The position numbers and the translations under genes are program-made. Below are positions 1 to 11,900 of a stretch of 64,000 nucleotides of DNA, one piece after another (position 1 is the stretch's first letter; every line of letters begins with the position of its first letter). This DNA is from Botryllus schlosseri (taxonomy: Eukaryota): NCBI GenBank assembly GCA_051294905.1, contig CM119373.1, positions 9,672,001 through 9,736,000 of the forward strand, given 5' to 3'. A model generated the notes under the pieces. It was not told where the DNA came from, made no database searches, and saw only the letters and a program-made list of their open reading frames with translations.

Positions 1-230
1 ATCAGTACGGAGTCAGCTTTCGATTGATACCCGTTTTACCAGATTTAATGCTCGGCAAGCCGGTCAAAAATGGCCGTCAAATTGCCTGTAGCCGAATGGA
101 AATTGTGACGTGATACAATTTCACTGAGGCGTGAGATTTGCTTGTGTCGACACCATATAGGACACTATGATGTAATACATGAGGTCAATAATTAATCGAT
201 AATCGTCAGAATATATTTTCATCTGTCCAA

Positions 231-252
231 CACACACACACACACACACACA
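231..252. repeat. (CA)11 microsatellite
   Basis: Read directly. Confidence 0.95.
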
Positions 253-808
253 ATGTACAATACGGTGTAATGAACAGATGAGGGGATACCGAACGACCGA
301 CTGTTTAGGTAGATATAATAAACGCACGCATATATGTTTGTATAGATAATTTAACGTTTCGTTGAATATGACGTGTGAGTAGGTCCATATAGGCTTCATG
401 TCGCTTTCGGTCACATTCAAAGCAGTATCATCGATCATACTCTGCTGCTTTCGACATGGGTAAAATAACAATCGGCTTTAAGTGTTATTAAACGTGAATC
501 ATGCTTGTGCAATTTGCAGTACCAGACCAGTACTTGTAAACGACATTACGACAATGCGCCCAACCTTAGCAACAGGTCCTTAAACCACTGTGATGCCAAC
601 CGATGCAGCATAACTCAACCTTTTACTATATTCAGTAGGGACGGGCGCAACGATTCGATTTTCTTCCATAAACAAAAATCTGCGCCTTCGCATCAACGGA
701 GAATATTGTTTAAATTCTAAATTTCCAACCTTGGAGCCACGAAACCTCGCGTAGCCGTGGTTCCGCATCATTAATATGTATAACAAGGCTACCAATACTG
801 ATATCATA

Positions 809-1404
809 GTGTTCTAAATGATGTGGACGCAGCGAGATTGAACGGGTCACTGCATTTACGTTACGTCATACTATCCATTTGGCCAAAGGCAAATTTACTG
901 TCATTTTTGACCGGCATGCCGAGTGGTAAATTTGATATCACAGGTACCAATGGAAAGCTGCTGCTGTACTGATTACGACTATATAAATTTTATTCTGCCC
1001 ATGGCCCTGGAACCCCCCACGATCAGCCTCGAATTTTACATTGTGATGACGTTTGACATTGTGACGTAACACTGATGTCTGGCAAAGCAAGACTGCTGCT
1101 CATCAGGAGCAAGAGCCAGACAGCATTGTAGTGTCACAATTCCAAACTCCTTCACATTGAAAAATTCGACGCTGATTTTGGGTGGTTCCAGGGCCATGGG
1201 AAAATGAAAATTTATATTTTCGTAATCAGTACTGCTGCAGCTTTCCATTAATACCTGTTTTATCAAATATAGCGCTCGGCAAGCAGGTTAAAATGTTAAG
1301 CCGCTTAAATGGCCGTAAAATTGCCTTTGGTCAAATGGTAAGTATCATGTAACCCAAATGTAGTCAGCCGTTCAATCTCGCAGTGTCCACGCCATTTAGG
1401 ACAC
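809..1404. mobile_element. Foldback element with about 235-bp imperfect inverted arms; a second right arm lies at 1-167
   Basis: 809-1046 is the reverse complement of about 1152-1404; TA on both outer flanks; ends GTGT(T/C)CTAAATG. Confidence 0.8.
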
Positions 1405-1551
1405 TAAGCTCATATCATGACATTTCTCTCATGTGATGGTTCACCCTCACAATGCTCACCAAGCGCAAAGAAATAGTCTCTATCCAGAAATACAAAGTTA
1501 TTTTGGATTTCGTTAACCGAAATCGTTTTTCCTTTTCCTGCGACCTTTTAA

Positions 1552-2380
1552 CAGTGTTGGCGTCAAGTCACTACTTTCGATTCACGAGGCATCTCGAGTC
1601 ATTTCACATTTTGATTCGAGTCAAGTCAAGTCACTCGTTTTCGGAGGTGACTCGAGTCAAGTCAAGCCAAGTCAAATCACGTGTCAAGTCACAATTCAAG
1701 TCAAATTGAATTTTCGAAGCATGAGTGATGATTCAAAGTCAATACATTTGGTAATTGTATTGAAGACAGAATAATTGGCCATCTATCTTGAATCAAATAC
1801 CGAATATGAAGTTAAATATACAGGCAAAAATGCGTTGTATCGCTCACCTACACGTAGAACTTCTAATAAAATACGTGAGTAACTGTGTGTTTAGCTACAT
1901 GCTACAAACTGTTATTATCAGTCAAAATGGAGGATGGATAACGAAGCATCGAGAAATTGAAACATATTGATATGGTCCAATACACAAATCAACCATCTAC
2001 ACTGGACTCGAACCAGCAACCCATCGGTGTTGCAGCTGTGGATTACACCACTACGCTATCTCGCAACATAGCTGTTAGGTTGACCCTGACCCAGTCTGCT
2101 ACTAATTCAACGTCAGCTGTGATCATATAGTTTGCGGTCAAATTATTTGTGATGTAACAATGGCGGATCAGTGAAACGTACAATCAGTGAATGACTGCTT
2201 GCTCTCAAAAGTGACACTGGCGGATCGCGAATGATCGAAACATATACAAGATACAGTGATTTAATCGACATCGTTTACTTGTTGACTTGAAATTGACTCG
2301 TAAATTTCGCTCAATCTACATTTCTGAAGTGCCGGGTCAAGTCCTCTTTGCAAAGAGACTCGAGTCTCATCCCAACACTG
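1552..2380. mobile_element. hAT non-autonomous element (829 bp) with GACTCGAGTC/AAGTC repeats
   Basis: TIR CAGTGTTGG; exact TSD CCTTTTAA. Confidence 0.88.
2002..2069 (-). mobile_element. SINE tRNA-like head only, nested in hAT element 1552-2380
   Basis: GCGAGATAGCGTAGTGG...GGTTCGAGTCC (A and B boxes), homologous to 60800-60866. Confidence 0.7.
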
Positions 2381-2922
2381 CCTTTTAAGTCATCATTGCC
2401 GTTGCGACGCCCTAATAGATGGTTCCGATTCGGCTCTTTTTTCTCGACCCAGGATAAAACCATAGATATCCTCGATTTTTCCCAGCCCTAGTAGTTGATA
2501 GGTGTGCTTGTTAGCAGGGCTTTGAAGCCGGAGCAAGGAGCAGGAGCCCCGGAGCCGTGCATTTTCAGCTGAGCTTGAGCCGCAGCTCTGTACAGAATTC
2601 GAGAGGAACCGGATCCGGAGCTGGGGCCGGTTGTTGGAAAAGTAGATCCGGCTCCGTTGCATGTCATAAGATGCTATGCTACTACTAATAGCTGAATTCA
2701 CATAATTTTTCGATAATCGTTCACAAAATTAAGAATTGTTGCCTAGTTGGCACCCACCTTTACCGACCAACCATGTTCATACATATGAGCCAGACCGGGA
2801 TAGGCTGGATATGCCGCGTTCACTCTGTAATTACTGTCTCTTGTGGGCATTCGTCATACCAGCAATTTGGTATTCCGCACAACACCGATGGCCAAGAGCG
2901 CGGATCCAAAAATAGTAATTAC

Positions 2923-3539
2923 TAAGGCAAGTTTTGTTGCCGTCAAATCCGTGGAAAGATGCATTTATTTTTCACAAAAGTTGCAGTAAAAGTTGCATTT
3001 ATTTTTCACAAAAGTTGCACTAAAAAGTTGCATTTATGGACAATTTCCTTGAAATCATTAGGTTATGAGATGCTCGAATCGAGCCGTATCCAAGGCACTG
3101 TAGAAAAAAAATCAGTGTTAGCGACTTCAACAAAATCAATAGCCTGAGAAAATTGACCCAGTGAAAATATACTTTTCGTCGGTCTCAGCCTGAATTTTCG
3201 TCAAATCAGAAAGGACGTCAAATTTAAACGACAGTGACATGATCAAGCGATCTATGTACATATAGTGCCGAATAATTCCAGTAAAACGTTGGTTGCATGA
3301 AAAGTCGATAAATCTTGCAATAAGTATCATGAAAAATCGAAAAAAACTTGCAAAAAGTTTCATGAAAAATCGAAAAAAGTGCAAAAAGTTGCATGACAAA
3401 AATAGAGAAAAGTTGCGAAAAGTTACACGATAAGATTCCATCAAACAGCTTGAAACAACATTCTGCATAACTTCCGAGTATTTAGGAAGGGGCTGAAAGC
3501 CGTAAAAAGAAGTTGCAAAAGTTGCAGAAGCTTGCCCTA
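2923..3539. mobile_element. hAT MITE of the TAGGGCAAG / AAGTTGCA family; another truncated copy ends at 24133
   Basis: Ends TAAGGCAAG ... CTTGCCCTA; TSD GTAATTAC/GTAGTTAC (7/8). Confidence 0.85.
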
Positions 3540-4829
3540 GTAGTTACCATCCATGTCACAAACCGGGAGTGATGCTTATGTGTGCTGAGCATTGAGCAAC
3601 TCAACTAATTAGGAATGATACGAATATAGAAGCGACGCAAGAGGATAAAAACGTGACTTTGCCGCACAGTGCACATGTCGATTTGGTGGCGCGCATGCTG
3701 CAAGCCGGAAAACACTGTCTTCTTTCTGAATTGTATGAGCAAATTAGTCAATAAAGCTACTAAAGTAGAAGTAAAAGTAGCGACGTAAAAATCTGCTCAA
3801 GCACCAGTATAAGTACTTCTCCCATGAGCAACTTGAAATTACTTGAAATATAAATAGAATTGACTGACTTTAAATATACTGAAGTAAGTAAGTAGTGACG
3901 AAAACGATCGTTATTCGTTCGCATGGATTGTCACAAGCTGCAAATTGAGCTATGCGATAGTTGCAGAGCTTGATACATATTGACGCATACCAGGAGGTAT
4001 CCAATTTTCGACAGCATAACCATTCGTTCGCATCACGGGATGAAACTGATCATATTGATATGGAAATGCGATACTAATCCTCCGTTTACTGGAACAGCCC
4101 GTTTTAGAAAATATCATGTTATGGCGCCCTCCCCCATATTATAAAGCCAGTAGTGTAGTCGAAGAGCAATAGGGAGAAGTTGAATCGGATCATGTGAAAA
4201 CGTTTGCGCGGTTAGTAATCGTTAATAAAAAATATGGTGGATCGTACAAATGCCGTATAGTGTAGCTTTATTACCGAAAATTAAAGGCATTACTACACTT
4301 GCTTTTACACTTCAACATGTCTGTTCTCCAGACAAAAGAACTGAAACTATTTAGAAATCTGTATGATGATACTGCGAAATGAACTAGAAATACCAATGCT
4401 AGTTCAGAAAAGAGGAAAATGTATTTCATGTCTTTTGTCGAGACAATTTTAACGGTGGTCTGCTAAAACAGGTCTACCGCTCAAAAAGTCAGAGCCCACT
4501 TCTCTAGATTATGACACCCCATGGGCTGCTAGAATAAAATATGATGGGTAAATGCTAGATTGCGAAACGGTAGTTTGAAACGTTATGATTGGCATATTTA
4601 CTGTAATGAAATATGTCATATTGGCGGCAATTCGGTGCGAAAGTGGCCACACAACCTGCTGCATAAATAATATTCACTTTCGTGAAAACATATTTGTAAC
4701 TCCATATCTTTTTTGTGTGAAGCGCAACGGAAATCCTGTGTTCGACTTGAATTTTCTGAAAACTCAAAGTTAGAACTCTGTGAAAACCGCCCGAGATTTC
4801 CCTAGATTCTCTTGCCAATTGGAGGGTTA

Positions 4830-5006
4830 CACTACTTCTACTTGACAAACTGAAAATAGCGAAAAGTAGGTAAGTAGATCACAAAATATCACGAAGTAGA
4901 CGTAGAAGTAGCGAAAATTATATCTACTTGAGTAAATACCAGAAGTACAGGACAACTACTTGATTAGTTCGAAAAACTAGAAGTACTTCGTTACTGACCA
5001 CCTCTG
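4830..5006. mobile_element. Tol2-like hAT end with AAGTA subterminal repeats; related fragments near 3750-3900, 6290-6370, 9500-9670 and 17870-18020
   Basis: Reverse complement reads CAGAGGTGGTCAGTAACGAAGTACTT; AAGTA/TACTT-rich. Confidence 0.6.
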
Positions 5007-5989
5007 GCAAATTCACTGCTTTGTTGATAGTTTATTAATCGTAGCGCGAAACTGGATAGTATATTATCGTTTATGCCTACGAATTGAAATTCATGCCAGC
5101 ACATGATCATTACTGCAGCAACGATTTGCGAACGTAAACAGGGAAATGCATCGAAGCAGCCCAGAACGCCGTTAACCTATATTCCGCATACAATTGTCGC
5201 AATGCTAACTAGTCAATGCGATGTCCGAACCTCTGCGCCTGGGGTTGGATATAAGAGGGCAAGTAGTGATTGGCTGCCCGCTTTACAATTTTTAATCATC
5301 AATTTTGTGAATTCATCCTCGTCTGCTTGATACAATCGTATTCTTGAATTGTCGCGCAATGTGACTTGTGAGCTTCGAGTTTTATTAATTCGTTACTGGC
5401 CTGTACAATGTATAGTGCACGTCGTTGAATAAAGATGTCAAATATTGATGCAATACTAGAATCACAGTGGCACTAATTCTGAGTAGTCTATACATTCGAT
5501 TCGTTTGAAGGGGAACCTTCTATATTCCACTAAACTTGATCGACGACGGACTGACTGGTAACGAGCGCGGCAATATCGAATTTCAAACCATTGGGTATTT
5601 GATGAAAAGTGGATTTCCGCTGATATGGTCGCGACATGCGCTCATTACACCTGAACAAGCCGCACCATTTCAAGATTAATTTAGAAGACTGTATGGCTTA
5701 ATATTAAGGAGCGCGGTGCCGGTATTAAAACGTCACATCGCCGTTTTAATGCTGTACAATATTTACATGACCATGGCATGGAGTAAAGTGCGTTCTCGTG
5801 CGGCTCCTTTGACGAAATAGGCTTCCAACCCCTGTCATATACGGTCCAAAAATATCTTTAACCAGAAGTACATCGTCTTTTGCAGCATTTCTATGGACGG
5901 TGGTCATCACCATCAGAACATTCATTCCGTACCAATGTTCTATATCTACGTACTATAGCTGCTGTGTTTTAAACAACCATACGACCGAA

Positions 5990-6143
5990 CCAATCGAAAG
6001 TTTTCGGAGCCGGAGTTGAATCTGAAGCAGTGGTAACAATACGCCCGGGAGCTGGAGCCGGAGCCGGAGCTAATTTATGATAGACGAGAGCTCCAGAGCT
6101 GGAACTGGAGCAGTTCAAAATGTAGGACTGTTTGAAAGCCCTG
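5990..6143. mobile_element. hAT MITE fragment with GGAGCC repeats; another fragment at about 2514-2650
   Basis: GGAGCCGGAGC arrays; ends AAAGCCCTG here and begins CAGGGCTTT in the other copy. Confidence 0.6.
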
Positions 6144-8640
6144 CGTGATCGGCAAGTTTTGTTTTCCGGCGTAGTCAAATCAAAGACTGTGTTTAATTGG
6201 TATTCGTAGCTTCCCCATCAAGTCCTCGGCACTCCAGGACACGCTCTCTCACTAATATTATGCGTGGCCAGAGAAGAGGTAGGCGTACATCTACATTTAT
6301 GGAGTACTCAAACGGTATTTTGTACTTGCGTCACGTACTCAAGTATTCTTCGACTTCCTCTCTTATATTTCAACATGATTGCTCTTATATGAAAATACTG
6401 TATACTGTGTAGTTTCAAAATGTCCACGCATTTGTGACTAAATCAGCAATTTTGCTCAAGTCGCGAGTATGCAGAATTACATGTGAATAACCGTAATGAA
6501 TATTTTACCGCTTGTAAAATGCTTGCAGATCCGATTTTATTGGCGACATCTATCTAAGCAGTTAGCGCCATATCAAAATATAGTTTGAGTCAGAGTCAGT
6601 GGATTGGATCCGGTAAAAAATGTAAGTCTATACCTGTGAGAGCGTTCCGCTTCGGTTGGCAGTGGATTTCAATTCGGGTCAGATCAAAGGTTTTACAGCA
6701 AAACTGGTAGGCGCTCAGTCCATCGGGATAGCGTGGAGGGGAAGTAGTGGTGCAGACTAGGTAACCTTTTCAACGGTCCCTTCGCACATCCATCGTCAAA
6801 GCACCTCGGTGTCCAAACGACAATCCGTCGTTATAGATATACACATGGGTGGAGTGGTTTCTGCTTGTGTATAGCACGGACAGATAATACCCACATTTGG
6901 CTCAAATTGTCCGCAGGAATTATGTAAAACTAGTACTGGATATCGTATCCCACGACTCATGTAATTGTTTTCATGTTTAGAAGGTATATGCTATTAAATA
7001 ATGCTACATGGCACGGTGGATAGAACGACTGGTTTAAATCAGCTACATATTGCATTAAAATTATATTTCGAGGAGATTCTTTATAATATGATGCACCTTT
7101 TGTACAGAGCCCGGAAACCCCATGAATAACTGTCACGTTTCTACGAATTCAGGAAGGCGACCAAGACCCAAACTCAGAAACGCACTCGCAAAGGATAAAA
7201 GAAATAAAATGTATTGTGTACTCAAAACTGATCAGAACTGAGGAAAGATGAACATGAACATGAACAATATATACGAATAAAGTAATCATGGCAGCAAAAC
7301 AATTTGAGAATTCAGACCTAGCAACATTGAACACAAATGCAATCCCACAAACCTCTGCAAAGCACGGAGCAATGTCCTATTCTACGGTGTTAGAAGATAA
7401 CTATATTGGACTTTTTGATGTGTATATGATATATTTCTGGATTTTAGAAGGTTAAGTGACAATCTACATACAATTTACGAGCTCCAATGGGTTAGTCCGA
7501 TGATACGCTCATTCCATTTCCGTCAGCTATCGACATGTGTCTGTGTTAATAGACGTTAGACATCTTTATCAATGAATATACTATCACATCGATTAAAGTC
7601 TCAGACGGCAGTTAATCGTTTTGTAATATTCTAATCAAATCCGTCAATCACGTGTTCAAGGCGAACCTACAACCACCAGATATGGGAGCACTCACACAAA
7701 ACAGAAGGCACCTTCAAGGAACCAAAACCATTTCGATAAATTAAGTAAAGAATCGGGAACACCAGTGATCGGTCTCACATGTATACCAGAATCTGAAGTA
7801 CATTGTGGATTTCAGAAACCGTTTATGACATATTTGTTTACGCGTCTTGGATTTATCATATGACTGACTTGTTAAACGTGTCACTTAACACGTTTCGGGT
7901 GTGTAAAGGAACATTACGTGGTGGACAGTGTCGTGGATCGATGACGGAGAAAAGGGCAGTTGCACGCCTGCTAGGCATTGCAGTCCATCGGTGTATCTAG
8001 TGCAATGTAGTGATAAGCTGACATAGCGGAAGCTAGCAAACAAATTGTCAGAACAAAATGGTTAAGGTGCTATTAACACAATTAGATAAAGCCCATATGT
8101 TTTGTCATGGCAGACATATTATCTTCTGGATCCGGTGACACTGCGGTATGCAGAGCCTTTAACGATTAATTCAGAAATTTTTTAATAGGTATTCCGTGGC
8201 GCAAAATCCGATTACACGTCCTCTAAAACAGCAGATATCCGATGTCACCCATTTAATTCAGAGTGTGTATGTGACGCAGTATATATTGGATGTGACAGCC
8301 ACTGTGAAATGCACAATTTACAGGCATCAACCCATTTCATAAGGTAGAGGAGTGAAGGAATTTAGGTCAGATGATGGGATCATCAATGTTACCAGGCAGC
8401 AAGCTTGTCTAACAGCCTAATCGCACATTCGCGATTATTGTAAGTCCGATACTTTGCTCTTGAAGATGTTAAACCGCAGGGTGATCGCTTAGTCCCGTTG
8501 GAACAAATAGGCTACAGAATGCTTGGGAAAGTCGCTGCATGTAACGCGACTGGACAGCACTAACATCCGTGATGAACATCCAAAAAATGTTCGATAGAAC
8601 CGCTAAAGGACTGTCCTGACTATATAGACAATGGATAACC

Positions 8641-8979
8641 CTAGGATGGCGGTGGCCGGCTCCCAGTCCTGACAGATATCCCAGAATCGAACGACGGTGT
8701 CCGTACAATTAATTTCTGCCCGTCCGACTCGGCCGCTGATGACGATTCGCTCCCACCCGTACCGCTATCAGCACATCTGTCTGTATTGGCATCGTGGCTT
8801 TCTTCCTCTAGCGCCTTTTCGAAGGCAGTCTCTTCGTAGTCTTGTGCTGGCGGCGTGGCAATTTGTAATATGGATGTTTCTCGGACAGTTGCCGCCTTCT
8901 TGGCGTTTGCTACAAGTTGTTCATCTTCCCCAAGGCTGAGAAGGCAGTCGTCTGCCGTCACGGAGTTTTGATGTCCATT
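8641..8979 (-). CDS. PTH1R-like: PTHR-like terminal coding exon 14: [11 protein letters not shown]...[11 protein letters not shown]
   Basis: gtgttttcag| acceptor in phase 0 and in frame with ORF 8641-8961; 112 codons plus TAG; acidic, Ser/Thr-rich tail composition. Confidence 0.8.
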   Translation of the reverse strand, partial: NGHQNSVTADDCLLSLGEDEQLVANAKKAATVRETSILQIATPPAQDYEETAFEKALEEESHDANTDRCADSGTGGSESSSAAESDGQKLIVRTPSFDSGISVRTGSRPPPS

Positions 8980-11900
8980 CTGAAAACACTGATGGAGTCA
9001 GGAGAGGTCTTCGGTCTGGCGGGGCACAATGACCCGAGTACTCGAATCCGAACCGAGCATCAATTATAACGATTCGAGTCGAATACTGATAGGGGATTTT
9101 TTAGAGTATTGAATCTATGCGACCCTTTCCACTAATATCAACGAAAAGTGCAGTATAGATTCTTTCCCCTCTGTGAAAGCCTTCAATTGGTCGTATCACA
9201 ACATCCAAAACATGTACTTGTACTATGATGCTACTCATGTCTGCCAATATGACATTTCTGTGGAGCCGTAACCAACCCACAGCATTGCGGAAAATAATAT
9301 AGCAAAGTGCAATGAAATAAGCATGATCGAAAAAATAACAAATTATGTTTATGTGGTCTAGAACTGCAATTATGTTATTTGTGGTCACATAAAATGTGCA
9401 TACTTCAACTTTTCATATGACACATACCCTTATGACGTCACAATGATGGACGCCAGAATACTCGACTATAGTCGAAGTTCGATTTTATACCCAGATCTAG
9501 TGGTCAGTAACGACGTCATACTTTGAATGATAACGGAACCATACTCTGCCCAAGTCCAGTGCATAAGCAATGGTAGCAGACTACTATAGACTACTTTCAC
9601 TTCTACAACAGATTTTAGGCACACAGTTTACTCTCCACACTTCGAATTTTGAAAAGTAGGAAGTAGTGTTGGGAAAAGTTCGCATATGTGAAATAACTAA
9701 ATGTGTCACGGTAACCAATCAATAATCATAAATTCGAGGATTGCACTTATTCTTAGATCGAAGTATTCGGTGTTGCTACTACGGGAGAAGTAAATACTTC
9801 TAAGGCACGCGAAAACCAATTCAAGTAGAAGGGGAAATGGAAGGCCTTCATACCTTATGAGTAGGGCGATTTTTTTTACCTGAAAAATCCAAATATAGAC
9901 TTTTGTTGACATTAAAAAAATTAATTTTGACCAAATTATGACATCACGTATGTAAATTAGGTGTTTTGCCACGAAATCTTAGAATTGTACTACTTATCTT
10001 CATTTCTGGTTGGAACTGTCTGTCCTTACGAAGTAGTTAGGCCTGAGCTAACTTTTTTGACTTAAAACCTGACAAATTTTTCATGAAAGAACTTTATTTT
10101 AACTAAATCTGGACCTGTGAAGAATTCAAGTAGTTACATCACGCATTATGGGAGAACTAATTAAAATTTTTTTGTCGTACAACGAAAGATACTTTTCTAC
10201 ATTCTCGGGTAGAAAGTGTCTGTCCTTACTAAGTAGCTTGCCAAGAATGGAGAAAGAACGCTCAACAGTAGCAGTTGTTGGCTGGCAACACTCAAGTTGT
10301 GTGTACAGTACACGGCTGGTGACTCACCGTGTTGCTTCATTCTGGCCATTTTGTCTGCATCACAATTTTTCATCATGCGCTCGTTGATATAAAAACCAAT
10401 GCCCATTGCCCACGCAAACTTGATTGAATTAGGATATTGCGGTTCGTTGAGCATAACACCATGTTAACCTATTTGTTTCATTTGGCCGTTTATGATTCAC
10501 AATGAGCAGACAATGGGCCGTCTACGACGGCAGGCCGATAAACTGAGCTACAAGCTGTAAAATATCAATGATAAGTTCACCCAGAGTGCAAACATCTACG
10601 ATACAAACGAGATGCAGATTGCGAAAACATTTTTACTTGGTAAACAATTTTGATGTTTTATGACGTAACGCTACAATTTTGACAAACTTTTGACTTTTTT
10701 TGACATGTCAAAAAAAAATCGCCCCACTTATGACTACATAGTTTTAAAAAGTAATAGATTGAGCCATCGCATACTTTTAGTGATGAATCGTAAGTCAGCT
10801 ACTATCGGAATGTTTTATAATTTCGAAGATGCCTATGGCGAAAAACTCTCGGACACCGAGTCTAAATCTACTTCATCGCAGCACTTTTCAGGCTTTCGTT
10901 TCCTACGTTTACTGTAGGTACTTTGACATGCTTATAGCTATACTTATATTTGTATAGGGAGTGGAGATTTGGGGCGTGACTTCTGCTCGTACTTGAGTAT
11001 CTTCAGTTACTACTTTGAATGCCACTCTGAAATTCCAAAATGTTGATATTAAGTCGCACCTGTTCCAGTAGCGGGACACGGAAGTCGGCAGTAGGACTCG
11101 TGCTGTTGCAGTCGTTGTTTATCGTCAGATTTGGCGACTTCAACGAGTTGGAGCCTCTTCTACCGCCCTGGCCAGCTACAGATGGCCTTGCCTGAAACAT
11201 ATTCCACTTAAATATCTTTGTATCAAAGTATAGACACATGTTGGAGATGGGATGTTCTTCGTTCTTCTTCTTTACATTTATCGCAAACTTGGGGTGTTTT
11301 GAAATCATGAAATTCTTTTAGACGGAACTGAGCTGAGGTGCATGTAGCGAATGATAATCAACATTCATGCGTGCTCTAGTTCCCACCAAGTGACCATTGG
11401 CAGAGATTTTAACCATCCACCTGGTGACAGTTAAGCTATTTACTAAAACCTGAGATACCTGGAACACCGGTGAATGATAAAGCTAACAAAACCACTAAGA
11501 CTTAAGTCAATGATCTTGAGATACGGAGCCGTCCAGAATTATGTCATACTTGCTGCCACCGGTCGCTGCTGATAAAACTCGATAAGCCGGTCACGGATGA
11601 CCGAATACGATCTCGGCCCGTCCCGCGCTGGACTTCAACTTCGTTCTGAAATCGCTGCCACGCGTTCTTGAACTCTTGCTGAACCTGAGAAGGCAGTGTC
11701 CAGGTTTTATAAGTGCCGGGTATTTGCTTAGAGATCGAAGATAAAATGTCGGCTCCGAGAACCATAACCACATCATGGGCACTGAGTAGACTACGGCGCG
11801 TTTCTCTTCTTTATCAGGCTCATTAGCAATTAATCTAACAATATAGTGTAGAATAAGGAGCAGGGGTTCATAATCTGCATTCCATTACCCCTAAAAGGCA

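Noticed and set aside
2002-2069. Functional tRNA gene (also 60800-60866 and about 33885-33940)
   Set aside because: A and B boxes are present, but there is no complete cloverleaf or acceptor stem, and the 60800 copy continues into a SINE body.
8150-8260. Receptor polyadenylation signal (ATTAAA on the minus strand near 8183 and 8253)
   Set aside because: Variant hexamers are common in AT-rich DNA and cannot be chosen without transcript data.
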